DNA of 63,459 nucleotides, filler included, from Octopus bimaculoides (Eukaryota): NCBI RefSeq assembly GCF_001194135.2. It is 3 parts of 3 records of this genome, joined end to end, with 100 filler letters (N's around TTAATTAATTAA, not from the genome) between each part and the next. Parts side by side here need not be neighbours in the genome. Positions count along the whole stretch, not along the records: positions 1 to 19,890 come from NC_068990.1; positions 19,991 to 34,667 come from NC_068981.1; 1 more part is not named here. One strand, 5' to 3'. Shown piece by piece: positions 13,545 to 26,315 of this stretch (position 1 is its first letter; each line of letters starts with the position of its first letter). The notes under the pieces were generated by a model. It saw only the letters and a program-made list of their open reading frames with translations, ran no database searches and was not told where the DNA came from. The position numbers and the translations under genes were made by a program.

Positions 13545-13765
13545 AGTGTTGTTGTTGTTGGCACTCCGTCGCTTACGACGACGAGGGTTCCAGTTGATCC
13601 GATCAACGGAACAGCCTGCTCGTGAAATTAACGTGCAAGTGGCTGAGCACTCCACAGACACATGTACCCTTAACGTAGTTCTTGGGGATATTCAGCGTGA
13701 CACAGTGTGATAAGGCTGACCCTTTGAATTACAGGCACAACAGAAACAAGAAGAAAGAGTGAGAG
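13545..13765 (-). mobile_element. Family D SINE, 3' part
   Basis: Reverse complement of the 5390-5592 body and tail; (TTG)n tail at its left end. Confidence 0.85.
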
Positions 13766-13775
13766 NNNNNNNNNN

Positions 13776-13846
<71 letters not shown>

Positions 13847-14086
13847 GTATGTATGTATGTATCTCTGCTAGTATTATTTAAGCATGTATGTGTCTAGTGT
13901 GTGTGTGTGTGTGTTATTGTATATTTGTGGAGAATCTTATATTGTTTTGTACTAACAAGATGAGCTATGAAGTGTGTCAATATATGCATTTACTCGCTGA
14001 TCTATAATAAACCTATTTACTTCACTGTTATAGAGTTCAGCGCATTGTGTCTTTATACAAATAGGCATACGAATATACATACATGC

Positions 14087-14192
<106 letters not shown>

Positions 14193-14208
14193 GTATATAT
14201 ATATCATG

Positions 14209-14262
<54 letters not shown>

Positions 14263-14321
14263 CACGAACACATATACAACGGCAATTTACATGTGTGAAC
14301 GTTTATGTGAAATACACACAT

Positions 14322-14352
<31 letters not shown>

Positions 14353-15079
14353 TGCACACACAAACACACACACACAAACACACACACAAACACACACACA
14401 AACACACACACACAAAGCGCATCCATATACAGACCTATACACACACGCGCGCATTATGCACTATACTGTGCACTAATCCTTTTTATCTTTTTGTCTCTTA
14501 TTGACATCCGTATCCAGCCAGTACGCTGAATCGATTTGAATTACTTTTTCATCTATTAAACACACGCCCCTCATATTCTCATTCACTCACACTCACACAA
14601 ATGGACCGACAGATACACATTGTTACGTAAATATAGCTTTTGTCTTAATTGAAGCAAAATACACGTAACTGACGAGTAAAGACAGGTCTGAATGTTAAAT
14701 TTGTACTCTGGCGTTTTGAACAAAAGGAAAAAAAAAAAAAAGAGAAATGTATAAGCAGAAGCATAACTATGCTTTTACGAAAGTCGTTTTGCAACCACGT
14801 AATTTTGAGTGAGTCTTACTGCGCGGCACCTTGGGCAAGTGTTTTCCTTTATAGCCCCGAGCTGACCAATGCCACCTGAGTTAATTAGGTAGACGAAAGT
14901 TGTGAAGGCCCGTCGTATATTATATAAATATATACATATATATAAACAAATAGTAAATGAGTATATGCATATATACGTACAGGTATGTGCGTACCGACAT
15001 CCACCTGTATGTATAGGTGCATATTTGGGTACAGGACATTGCAAACATACATACATACATACATACATACATACATACA

Positions 15080-15112
<33 letters not shown>

Positions 15113-15749
15113 CCGGTCCGACGTTCTAACATCTCAGCCAGTCTGTCGTCCTGGATTAACTGGCAGGCTGTTTAGTTTCAAAAGGTTAATAGCTTACACT
15201 ATTAGAACTCAAACTGCTATAAGAAGAAAAATCTACAATTGACAGGTGACTGGTCTGGAATGAGGAACTGTCTTTCGATAGCTAGAAGCTGTTGAAAATT
15301 TAGGATAAACTAAACAAGTGTTAAATCACCGACTTCTACCTTTGTTCTCCCTTTGTACCTGATTTTACTACCATACCGGTCTTGTAATCCTCTGTAACTG
15401 TCAGCTATCACCATTGGATTCACCCACGGACTCTTTCACCGTTTTTACTTTATCTGATCCGAAGACCTGCGTCTGACACTTCTCCCAGTTCCTTTTCGTT
15501 TGGCACTTTGAAAGTCCGTCGAACTGTAAGTTTAAAAAAAAAAAGTAAGACCTTTCTATTGGTTTGACTTTAGTGGACTCAAATATGAAGGATAAACTCT
15601 TCTCTGCCTCAGATCCTATATTCAGAAAAACAGTAGATAAACTTTGATCTCGTGGAGCAATTTCAAAGATACTGAAATATATTTTTTCCATATATAATTT
15701 CTCCTTGATGATCAAACTCATTTTCATTCATCTCCCAATCATATAGAAC

Positions 15750-15900
15750 AATTCATAGCCAACTTTAATAATCAAGTCGAAGCCAGCTATTTAATATATC
15801 ATGTCATTTGCAACAAGACAACCTTAGGAGACGACCAATTAACTGACTTTGCAATTAATATCTTTATATCAAGAAAGGCGTCAAACTGACAGCTCTGTAT
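15750..15900 (+). mobile_element. Possible hAT transposase C-terminal dimerisation-domain relic
   Basis: Translation ..CNKTTLGDDQLTDFAINI resembles the hAT RSTMxQERLxxLAxLSIE motif. Heavily decayed. Confidence 0.3.
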
Positions 15901-17026
15901 GTATACGATGTTGAGTAGATTTATAGATCTATTTCCTCTTCTTTGCCAAAGCTTTCTACGTGCTATACATTTCAATAAATATTCCTGTCTTATGAATGAC
16001 AGGCGATACAGAGGCGATGTAGCGTCAATCTATGTGCTCTGTCTGGATCACTTGACGGGTTCGTGATTTTCCCAGAGGTGTGAAGAAGAGAATAAACAGA
16101 GGGTATAACATGATTTCGATTCAAGACTAGAATTATTTCACTTTTTCTCACAATTCTCCATCGAAAATGCATAAACACCGTGACTTATTTCAGTACCATT
16201 GCTTCGCAAACAGTATACTGCAGACGTTTTAATAAAAATACATGCTTGAAGTCTTTAGAAAATCCATGCTAATGCTTGAGTATCTTGAAAAATATTGTGT
16301 TATTCCTATTTTTTAACACACAAATATCATAGTTAGCACGAAGTAATCATAAATGTTACAGCTTCCTTTAAGCTTTTCGCCTAAAATACTGAATGTTTGC
16401 ATCAAAAAAAAGAAACCAACAGGCCCAAAGTAATTTCTAATTCGTGATTAATTTTCCAGCATCCAATTGAAATCATATTTTCAGTAATGTAAGCTCTTCG
16501 ATCTTCAGACCTCGTCGTCAGTAGACCAATGATACCACCCTCACCATCATACGCACTACTATTATTACTATTACTATTATTACTACTGCTACTACTAGTA
16601 CTACCACCGCCATCACCCCCTACTACTATCACTGCCACTACTACTAAAACTATCACCACCACCACTACTATTACTACAACTACTGCTACTAATAATACCG
16701 CTACCACCACCACCACCACTATCACCCCTACTACTACCATTACTACTAATACTACTAATAATAATACTACCACTACGATGACGACGACGGAGATGGTGAT
16801 GATGTAATCTTATTATCATCAGCTCCTCAATTGTACATCTCTACTAACTTAGAACGATAACGAGGAGATTAGTATGGTTTCTGCATAGATTTGACATTAG
16901 TTTATTTTTTCTTCTTTTATATTCCATGCAACGACGTTCTAATTACTTCTATATTTTTTTTCTTTCCCTCATTCTCTTATTTGCTATTCATTCTTTCTTT
17001 CTTTGTATATTTTTTCTATTACGCAG

Positions 17027-17188
17027 TGAGTGCCATCGATTGTTATGTATGTACTTCTATCAATGGTGGCAACCAAGACTGTGAAGATCATTTCACCAGT
17101 TCGATGGCTACAGTGAAAATGATACAAAGAGAATGTAACTACGGCCTCTTCAGAGCTAGCCACTGCACTAAGTTGAAAGGAAAAAGAG
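17027..17188 (+). CDS. Internal coding exon of a Quiver/Sleepless-like Ly6/uPAR (three-finger) secreted or GPI-anchored protein, N-terminal half of the domain
   Basis: Long pyrimidine tract ending acgcag|TG at 17026/27 and donor AG|gtgagt at 17188/89. Phase 1-1, 162 nt. Translation (V)SAIDCYVCTSINGGNQDCEDHFTSSMATVKMIQRECNYGLFRASHCTKLKGKR has the CYxC..C..C..C spacing typical of Quiver-family Ly6 domains. Family assignment is by motif recognition, with no database search. Confidence 0.88.
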
Positions 17189-17794
17189 GTGAGTGATCTT
17201 TTATATAGATACAGCTGACTTATGTTAATGTTATACAAAACAGTATTGGAATGATATACTGGTTCTTAATCTGTAGCGTAGCGACCCCTTGTAGCTTTGT
17301 GAGTACACAAAGGGTCGGCAAGAGGCGCTAAGGGAGATGCCGGGTTGTAGAATTTTCATGATATTTCTTAGAAATGAAATATTTAACTCTGTCACTGTGA
17401 ATTTTAATTTCATGTTTATTCCAGTAATGTTGTTAAACATGCAGCAGGAAATAGAATTGGCATTTTCTGCAAGTTACACTGACACAGCAAACCTAATATA
17501 TCTTGATAAAAAGTAGTTCCAAACATGACGTTCCTCATCAAAAGATAGTTTGGAATATAAAACTGCTTTCTGCAGTTAAGCTTCAAACAATTTTAAGTGG
17601 ACTATATCTAATTTCCGCAGGAAAAGGGTCTAGCCAGATAAAATCCTTATATTCGAAGCGCACATTTTCACCAAAAAAAGAAGCATCTGTATTTAAAGTT
17701 CAGAGTCGACCAAAGCCTTGTGAGTGGATTTAGTAGACGGAAACTGAAAGAATCCCGACGGACATATATATGTGCGAGTGTGTATGTGTGTGTG

Positions 17795-17826
<32 letters not shown>

Positions 17827-19236
17827 CGTGTGTGCGCGTGTGCGAGTGTGCGTGTGTGCGCGTGTGAATTTATTTATGTAACTATGTCTTTGTATTTGAC
17901 AACCGGTATTGGTCTGTTTACGTCCACGTAACAAGAAACGACACAATAGGTATTAGTTTTAAAAGATAAGCACTGCGGCGATTTGTTTGATTGAACCCGT
18001 TAAGGCAGCGCTCCAACATGGCCGCAGTTCAATGACTGAAACGAGTAAACGTTAAACGATGGAAGACATTAGTTTATGTAATTATCTAAAAGATGGCACA
18101 TGCTTCAGTAAAGTAATTTGCTGTTTTTCAGGGTTTTTTTGTCCAAAAATATAGTGAGATAACATTTGTAAAACACTATTCTGTGAAAGGAGGTGCTGAG
18201 TTGTAAAAGATTGAGAACTGTTGAGAATTTTGACATTGCTATTTCGATCCTACTTCCTGGCATTTGAGCAAGTGTCTTCTGCCATAACCGCAGATACATC
18301 TAATTCTTGTGTTCGAAACAGGAAAGACAGAAACAGTTGGAAATCACTTTGGATGACTGTCCATGTAATCTTAAGATCCGTACATACATACATACATACA
18401 TACATACATACATACATGCATGCATGCATACATACAGACAGACAGACAGACAGACATGCATATGTGTATACACATGCACATTGACGCATACATGTGCACA
18501 AACAAAAAGAACGCAGCTCCGATAGCGGACAGAGTCAACGACCACTGAAGAGGTTGCAAGAAGCAACGAAAATTTTAGAAAAAATAGTTTAGTAAATGAA
18601 TGGATATCGAACCGGTGAGTGTGTTAATTAATAAGGTATTAAAGCAGAATGACTCTCACCAGGCACAATAAAGTATCAATATAAATAGACCTGGGTAATG
18701 CGGCAAGGTGACAGAATTGTTAGCAAACCCAAACACAATACTTAGCAACATTTCGTCCGTTTTCACGTTCTAATTTCAAATTCCTCCGTGATCGACTAGG
18801 CCTTTTGTCCCTTTCGTTAACGATAAAATAAACTTCGAGTTGAGTACTGGGGTCGATGCGATCGACTAGCCCCCTACCCCGAACGTGCTCGCCTTGGGCG
18901 AAAATTCGAAATCAATATAAAAGCCTGGCTATGAAAATGAAGTATTTTTGCCTCAGTTTCAAAAATACAGTGTACAGCCTCTTCATAAGTGTTAGGGTAC
19001 AGTTTGTCAAAAGGAGCCGAGGTACGGTACAGTATCGGTATAACATACTCTATACTGAAAGAAAAATATCAAATGTGCAGACTGTATAAACTAGTGTTAA
19101 TATAGTTTTGTACTGAATTCATAATTGCCAACAGTGAATCTGTTTTCTCAATATAGATTCTTTGTATACACAGTGGTTGTTCATATCAGTTTGATTTTAA
19201 TATCAGCAAGGCATAAACACGCACACACATTTGTGA

Positions 19237-19278
<42 letters not shown>

Positions 19279-19464
19279 TAGTGGTACAGGTGCTGTGTGT
19301 GTCCGCATTTGTATATCTATTTATCTATCTATCTCTGTATTTGTCTGTTTGCCTGGCTGTCTAAGTATATAAATATACATATAAGTATGAATATATATAT
19401 ATATATATATATGTTTATATACACACACGCACATATATATATATATACATACATACACACATAT

Positions 19465-19497
<33 letters not shown>

Positions 19498-19834
19498 GTT
19501 ATACATAAATGCGCTTACGTGTGTATAAATGCAGAAAGAGAGAAAAACATGAGATGAGGCAAAATGAGAGAGAAAATGACGAACAAGAAAGAAATTGGCG
19601 CCACCTGCATTAGAAAGACTGGACAGATGACTGTTATAATTAATCCAAAGAACAATACCGTCTAAAGTACAACTAAATATGAGAGATCAATTGTATGTCT
19701 GTATGTATAAGTAGATATATATCGATGTGCACCTATTCATGCACGTGAGTATGTATGTATTTATATATGTATGTATGTATGTATGCATGTACATATATAT
19801 ATATGTATGCATGTATGTATATATATATGTATGC

Positions 19835-19890
<56 letters not shown>

Positions 19891-19990
19891 NNNNNNNNNN
19901 NNNNNNNNNNNNNNNNNNNNNNNNNNNNNNNNNNTTAATTAATTAANNNNNNNNNNNNNNNNNNNNNNNNNNNNNNNNNNNNNNNNNNNN
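19891..19990. other. Artificial 100-bp scaffold join containing a TTAATTAATTAA six-frame stop linker
   Basis: 45 N + TTAATTAATTAA (19936-19947) + 43 N = 100 bp. Confidence 0.9.
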
Positions 19991-20048
19991 ACTAGAGAGA
20001 AAAGTCCACGAGGAAGAGGGAAAAGACAAAAAGAGCCAGGAAATGAAT

Positions 20049-20091
<43 letters not shown>

Positions 20092-20167
20092 AGTAGATAC
20101 TTTATTTTTTGGATAGGATAATTTGATTTTCATTCTATGCAGACTGTCAAATTTATCCTGAACGCCC

Positions 20168-20201
<34 letters not shown>

Positions 20202-20208
20202 CATATAT

Positions 20209-20452
20209 ATATGGGGAAGAATCCAAAATGATACAATTGAGATGACAATGAGTATCAACAGGATCACTGACAAAATAAGATTCACGCACTGGAACTGGAT
20301 TGGACACATCCTCAGACAAAATTGAGAAAACTACTGTACAGTTGCACTAAAGTGGAATCCTGAGGGGAAAAAGAGCCACAGGACACCCTAAAACCACATG
20401 GCAAAGGACCATTGACAAAGAAAGGAGGCGAGAATGGTGGAGAGGATGGAAC
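20209..20452 (+). mobile_element. RTE-clade LINE, RT C-terminal fragment
   Basis: IRFTHWNWIGHILRQ...VALKWNPEGKKS..P..HMAK matches the RTE WIGHxLR..ALxWNPxGKRxRGRPxxTW motif. Confidence 0.75.
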
Positions 20453-20473
20453 ANNNNNNNNNNNNNNNNNNNN

Positions 20474-20511
<38 letters not shown>

Positions 20512-21048
20512 GACGGGATTCTTTCAGTTTCCATCTACCAAATTCCACTCACAAGGCTTTGGTCAGCCCGAGGCTATAGTAGAAGACACTTGTGCAAGGT
20601 TCCACACAGTGGGACTGAACCCGGAACCATGTGGTTGGTAAGCAAGCTACTTACCACACAGCCATTCCTGCGCCTTGAGAGACAATTTCATAATTATGTT
20701 TAGGTTTTATTAGACTTCGTCAACAAAGCATACTTAGCAAAGTAGTGATGAGAGAATCTCTAGATGAATGGGCATACAAATTTGCACATCTTAAAACATC
20801 ATTGAGTAATAATTTATACATTCTTAATATTTAATGTAGTGGGCATCAAATGCCTAATTAGAAATTCTTACACATTAATGAAAGGATAATATTAGATCAT
20901 TGTTTTAAATATGGTAACATGAACTTAGCTATTGTTTTGCATGTAGATGAAATATATATATATATCGAAAAGCAAATACAAATAACAAAAGTACAAGAAA
21001 TGTTCAAAGTAAATAATATTGGGTTGATGCTCAAGGAAGAATGAAAAG

Positions 21049-21097
21049 AGTAGAATTATAACATTTCGGACACAAGTCTTCTTCAGACACTAGAGAG
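21049..21097 (-). ncRNA. Hammerhead-like relic
   Basis: Minus strand reads gtgt-CTGAAGA-agac(ttgt)gtcc-GAAA-TG-TT-ata. Core intact, base pair 10.1-11.1 broken, stem I weak. Confidence 0.4.
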
Positions 21098-21146
21098 AAA
21101 AGTCCACGAGGAAGAGGGAAAAGACAAAAAGAGCCAGGAAATGAAT

Positions 21147-21189
<43 letters not shown>

Positions 21190-21523
21190 AGTAGATACTT
21201 TATTTTTTGGATAGGATAATTTGATTTTCATTCTATGCAGACTGTCAAATTTATCCTGAACGCCCTATACACACACACACACACACACACACACTCTCAT
21301 ATATATATGGGGAAGAGTTTCACTTATCTTTTACATGTTAATGTCATTGAACTGTGGCAATATTCAGGAACTCATTAAATAATTTTCCTAAATCATATCA
21401 GCCCCACATCATATTTTAGCAAAGTACTTGTTTTATCAATTTATATTTATCTGCTGACTAACTAAGCTTTTTGAATGCAACATACTTCAACAGTTGTGTG
21501 TTACAAAAACACAGACACATATA

Positions 21524-22541
21524 CGTGGTTTGATCAATAAGTATCCGGACCGTTGCCATGTTGTTGGCACTCCATTGCTTACGACATTGAGGATTCCAGT
21601 TGATCCGATCAACGAAACAGCCTGTTCGTGAAATTAACATGCAAGTGGCTGAGCACTCCACAGACACGTGTACCCTTCACGTAGTTCTCGGGGATATTCA
21701 GTGTGACAAGGCTGACCCTTTGAATTACAGGTGTTGCCATAGTAACGAAGCTAAAGCACAGAGAGTGAATTTGCTTGGCACAGATTGACCTTGAACTTTG
21801 CTGTGCATGCACACTAAGTTTTAACGTTCTAGCTCACTTCCACTGTTTACAGTAGTGCTTGGAAGGAACGTGTGTAGCATGTGATCGCCGCATTGACCAT
21901 GACAGAGAAAGTTGAACAAAGAATCTGCATCAAATTATGCCAAAAGCTTGGTGACACCTGCTCAGAGGCCTACGCAAAGTTTTCATCATTCTCGACACAA
22001 TCAACGAGATCTTGTGCAACTGAAACTCGAGTGTCTTATTGGTCAGCTGAAAGTAGTTTTGGCACAAACTTGGTAGGCACGAGTCTCATACGCAAATCTT
22101 CAGTGATAATGGACTGAACTTAACCGTAACTAATCTGCACCTCTTCTGATAACTCACAGATGGTGTTTCGACGTTTTCCCCTCACATCTAATTCAGTTCT
22201 ACTGGTTGCAGGTCTCCCACAACGTTCGTCAATATCGATATTTTTTCAGCCATCTCAGAAACATGTTAACCACTCGAACACTTGCGTGCGGCTCATACAC
22301 TTTCTGCAACATTGTGTAGGCATCTGAACAGGTATCGCCATGACAACTTTCTCTGTCATGGTCAATGCGATGGTTACGCGCTACACACGTTCCTTCCAAT
22401 CACTGTTGTAAACAGTGGAAGTGAGCTAGAACGTTAAAACTTAGTGCATATGCATAGCAAAGTTCAAAGTTAATCTTCACTCTCCGTACATTGGCTTCGT
22501 TATTATGGCAACAGTCCGTAATATTTATTGATCAGACCTCG
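21524..22541. mobile_element. Mariner-derived foldback element made of two inverted 5' ends, TA-flanked, with a nested SINE
   Basis: TA|cgtggtttgatcaataagtatccggac at left and caataaatattacggac-type TIR ending cctcg|TA at right. Left arm encodes MTEKVEQRICIKLCQKLGDTCSEAYAK (+). Right part on the minus strand encodes GRPATSRT..ICELSEEVQISYG*VQSIITEDLRMRLVPTKFVPKLLSADQ..VAQDLVDCVENDEN. Confidence 0.85.
21560..21732 (-). mobile_element. 5'-truncated family D SINE inserted in the mariner left TIR
   Basis: Flanked by the target-site duplication GTTGCCAT (21552-21559 and 21733-21740). Confidence 0.85.
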
Positions 22542-22672
22542 TACATTCACAGGTTATAAAACAACCTGATACTGTAGTAAAAGTCAGTAACCTAAAGAGC
22601 ATCGAAATCTGCACCCCGTTGTTGTAAAATGAATTTCTTAACCTCGCAACCATGTCTGAGCACACAGACTCA

Positions 22673-22712
<40 letters not shown>

Positions 22713-22714
22713 TG

Positions 22715-23330
22715 CCATTACTTTTCTGGACCTTCTTCGAGACCGGTATGGGGGCTTAATAGCGTTACTCTTTCGTTTAAACTGTTGTAGGTCAATACCT
22801 GCAGGACGAAGACGCCAAAGAGCAGGTGAAGAAAGACTGAACATAAGGGCTAATGCAGGGCCGGTGTTGGGTGCAACAGGGGCGATGAGAGGTGGAGAGG
22901 CAATTAGGTTAGGAATGCCTTTTGTGAAGGGGGGTACGAAACAAGCCAGCTCCGAAGAACAAATGCCGTTATACTAGTGATTGAAACGCCACAACGAGAG
23001 GGTGAAAGGTTGGATGTCGATCCAATTATGTCTATTAGTGATTAAATGCCAATCAGTCGAGTGCCTCATCTCTGGATGCGGTCCACGACGTCTGTGTAGG
23101 TAGCAGCAGCACCGTCCCAGATATAGAAGCAGTTCTTCATTGAGGAATTCGCTTGAGTCTTATAGAGAATCGGCAGCTATTCAAGGCTTGTTAGCCCTCA
23201 AAGGAAGGACCAGTCAGTGGGTACAGCTGAAATCATTGACATACTTGGGAATTATCCAGACAATTCCATCAGTTTTCATTTATGCGCTCCATAGGTGATT
23301 CGATCAGTGTTTCTTCCAGACATGTTAAAT
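22715..23330 (-). mobile_element. CR1/L2/Jockey-type LINE 3' fragment
   Basis: Minus-strand pieces HIWDGAAAT..DRIQR..RLIG and a terminal IDLQQFKRKSN match CR1-group RT C-termini. Many stops and frameshifts. Confidence 0.6.
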
Positions 23331-23355
23331 AGTGTACGCGTGGGTGTACGTGTAC

Positions 23356-23388
<33 letters not shown>

Positions 23389-24406
23389 TCTTCTGTCCAA
23401 CGCAGTGTTTAGGATACAGCTACTCGAGAGACGAATTTGTCTCTTTGTAGAATTAAAGTTGACATCTTATTCATTCATCTACTGCGATTTTACGATGAAG
23501 AATTAAATGAGCAAAGTATAGCCTCTACTTGGAATTAAATTTATTTCTGTTTTGCTGATTGGTCAATAAGTTGGCTTCATCTCATAGATTCATCGCAGCA
23601 AACATTGTAAAGTTTTCCATTAGCACCTATTAATGTTAGAGTAGTGATGCAGGCAGACAAATTAGCTTCGAACGAAAGTGGCTAAAATGGATCGTTTTGA
23701 TACCGCGAATCGTTTCAGATAAGAAATAGCAGGAGCTTACTTTTATTTTCTATTTTAGATATTTCGGAAGCTCTGCTAAGTCGGTGTGACTTTGGAATTG
23801 GGTCGAAATATGTGAAAATTGTTAGCTAAATATGTAATCTATGATTCAGTATTCCACTGAGCTCTTTCGCTATCCACCCACCTTACATTTCCTCTCTTCA
23901 TTCTCGAACGCCATTCACTTTCTTTCTCCCACCTTCCTTTTGAAAATAAGCATTGACGGTTTAGTGTGTCAAAAATATCGCCCGATTTATATAAAGAAAT
24001 CTGTGTCTATTTCTTTTCTTTTTTAGATAAAGTCAATAACCACTACAACTTGCAGAAAAAAAATTATGTGGCGCTATCAGCTAAATGCCTGGTTTCTTAT
24101 CACTATTTTTTTCTTTTTTTTTTTTGCCTTGTTTAGTTTATTTTGATTAATTTTTTAGGAGTGAACGAATGTATTCTTTTACTTTATTTTCACTTGCGTC
24201 AGTCAGTGGACGGTGGGCATGCTAGGACATCACCTTGAAGGGTTTTGTCAAATAAATAGACCGCAGTACTTGCATTTTTTAAAAGTATGGTACTTATTCT
24301 ATCGATCTCTTTTGTCGATCTGCTAAGTTGCGGGGACGTAAATAAGTCACACCGGTTATCAAGCGGTGGGTGGGGACAAAAAGAAAGACGTGTATACACA
24401 CACATT

Positions 24407-24453
<47 letters not shown>

Positions 24454-24859
24454 GTCTAAGAATCCATACATCAATATAGGCGCTCGTATATTTCTCAAGA
24501 GGGTGGATATATTAACCGGAGTATTATAGACCCATTACAGCTGATCTTACCAGTCGGTTTCGTACTGAATAACCATCAGGTTACCTGATATCCAATGTGA
24601 AGCGATTGGTAAGATAGGCTGTAATGGATCTAATAGGGTTTGTACTTTGATTGGTATATATATAATCATGAGGTAGAGAGTTCGATTCCCGGTCCGGATT
24701 GTCGGACTGCTGGTCTTCCACAAACAACTTTGCCCGGACTTGTGCCTCGGAGGGTAACTTTCTAGGAGCAATCCCATGGTCATTCATGACCGAAGGGGGT
24801 CTTTACCTTTTACCTAATAATTGACCATTTTGACTCAAAATGTGTGTGCGTGTGTGTGT

Positions 24860-25210
24860 GTGTGAGTAAGAGATATGCTGAGTTGATGGAAGTATGCTAA
24901 AGTAGTGGGTGGCAAGGTTTGGTTTCATCGAGGGTTTGCAGGTCAGTCCCTCTAAAGAGCTTACGACATTCTTGGTATCACGGGCCATCAAGTTGGCTGT
25001 CATAGCAGCGGATTTACCTCAAGGTAGCAGTAGATCAGGAGGTGTGAGCCCTGGAAGGAGCAGAGCTACCAGGTGTAGTGCTAACTGGACACAAGCGCAA
25101 GGGCTTGATCAACCCCAGCTGGGTTACCTAGGTGAGGCTGTCTAATGTTGAAAGACTCGAAACACCTTATGACTCCTGGGAACATCACTAGGGATGTGTA
25201 CAGGTGCATC
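24860..25210 (+). mobile_element. HERO-like retrotransposon 3' end
   Basis: RGFAGQSL*RAYDILGITG.. followed by a 3' UTR ctaactggacacaagc..gatcaaccccagctgggttacc..gaaagactcgaaacacc..gggaacatcact, which I recognise as HERO-type. Confidence 0.6.
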
Positions 25211-25450
25211 ACAGGACGTTGTATGAAAAAAACATGTATACCTCCAAGAGGAGTTAGCTTTCTAAAAGTAGCATAACTCTATGCAAACTCAGTCATTCGT
25301 TAGAGATCGATAAAATGATTACTGAAACGTTTCAGTCACTCATATCGATCTAAGTCGATATAATTAACTAAAACCTATGAGGAATTGTGTTTCATCAAGA
25401 ACGGCTGCTTTCCAATGACTAAAGCTACCAATTGAAGTACAACTACAGTT

Positions 25451-25509
<59 letters not shown>

Positions 25510-26124
25510 TTGTGTGTGCGCGTATGTATATATATATATACACATTTATTTATTTATTAGTAAACATTGCTTCTTAGCACAGGAACCAAATAAATAACAA
25601 TCCAGGAGACGGAGTGGTTGGATGGTTATTTACTAAACTTTCATCTGCCAAACAATTTTTCTTTTTGAAGACATGATGTCATAACGTCTTTTCATTTTTT
25701 TCTTCGCTAAGTTTTGATATATTCTGCGATGAAATAACATGAAAATATACATTGCTTAGCTAGTCTAGTAGATGTTATTTTGGATTTGCTGTGCAAGATT
25801 TTAACTTCAGCAAGAAAAATAGAAAATAGAAAATATCCGCCAAGAATATCAGATTTCTAAATCCTGTGTATTTTCTGATCTTCCAGCAAGTTGAATATTC
25901 TGGCTTAGAGTCAACAGAATGGTTCCAAAATATGTATTAAGAATATTTTTGTAGACTGCTAAATCAGACTCACTCTCTGCTACAGTCTCTATTTAATCAT
26001 AATTCATAAAATTTCGAGTTATCTCCCGTGTCCCTCTTTCTTTTTTTTATATCGTTATTATTGAAAACTGTTGTTCTCATCGTTGAAGTTGTATGTAGTA
26101 TTGGTTTCAAATTTTGGCAAAAGA

Positions 26125-26315
26125 TCCTTAATATCGGGGACCATAGGAAAGTCGATTACATCAACAGTGCTCAACTGGTACTTATTTTATCGACTCCGAA
26201 AGGAGAAAAAGCAAAGTCGACCACAGCAGAATTTGAACTCAGATTGTAAAGACGGATGAAATGTCGCTCAGCATTTTGCCCGGCGCGCTAACGATTCTAC
26301 CAGCTCGCCGCCTTT
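26125..26315 (-). mobile_element. tRNA-derived SINE (family C)
   Basis: Reverse complement of ggcggcgagctggtagaatcgttagcgcgccgggc..gagttcaaattc..gtcgactttgct, as in 35510-35730 and 49240-49455. Confidence 0.85.

Noticed and set aside
16529-16807. ORF resembling a signal peptide plus Thr-rich mucin just upstream of the Ly6 exon
   Set aside because: Built from (CTA/ACT/ACC)n repeats; no phase-1 donor that could join it to 17027.
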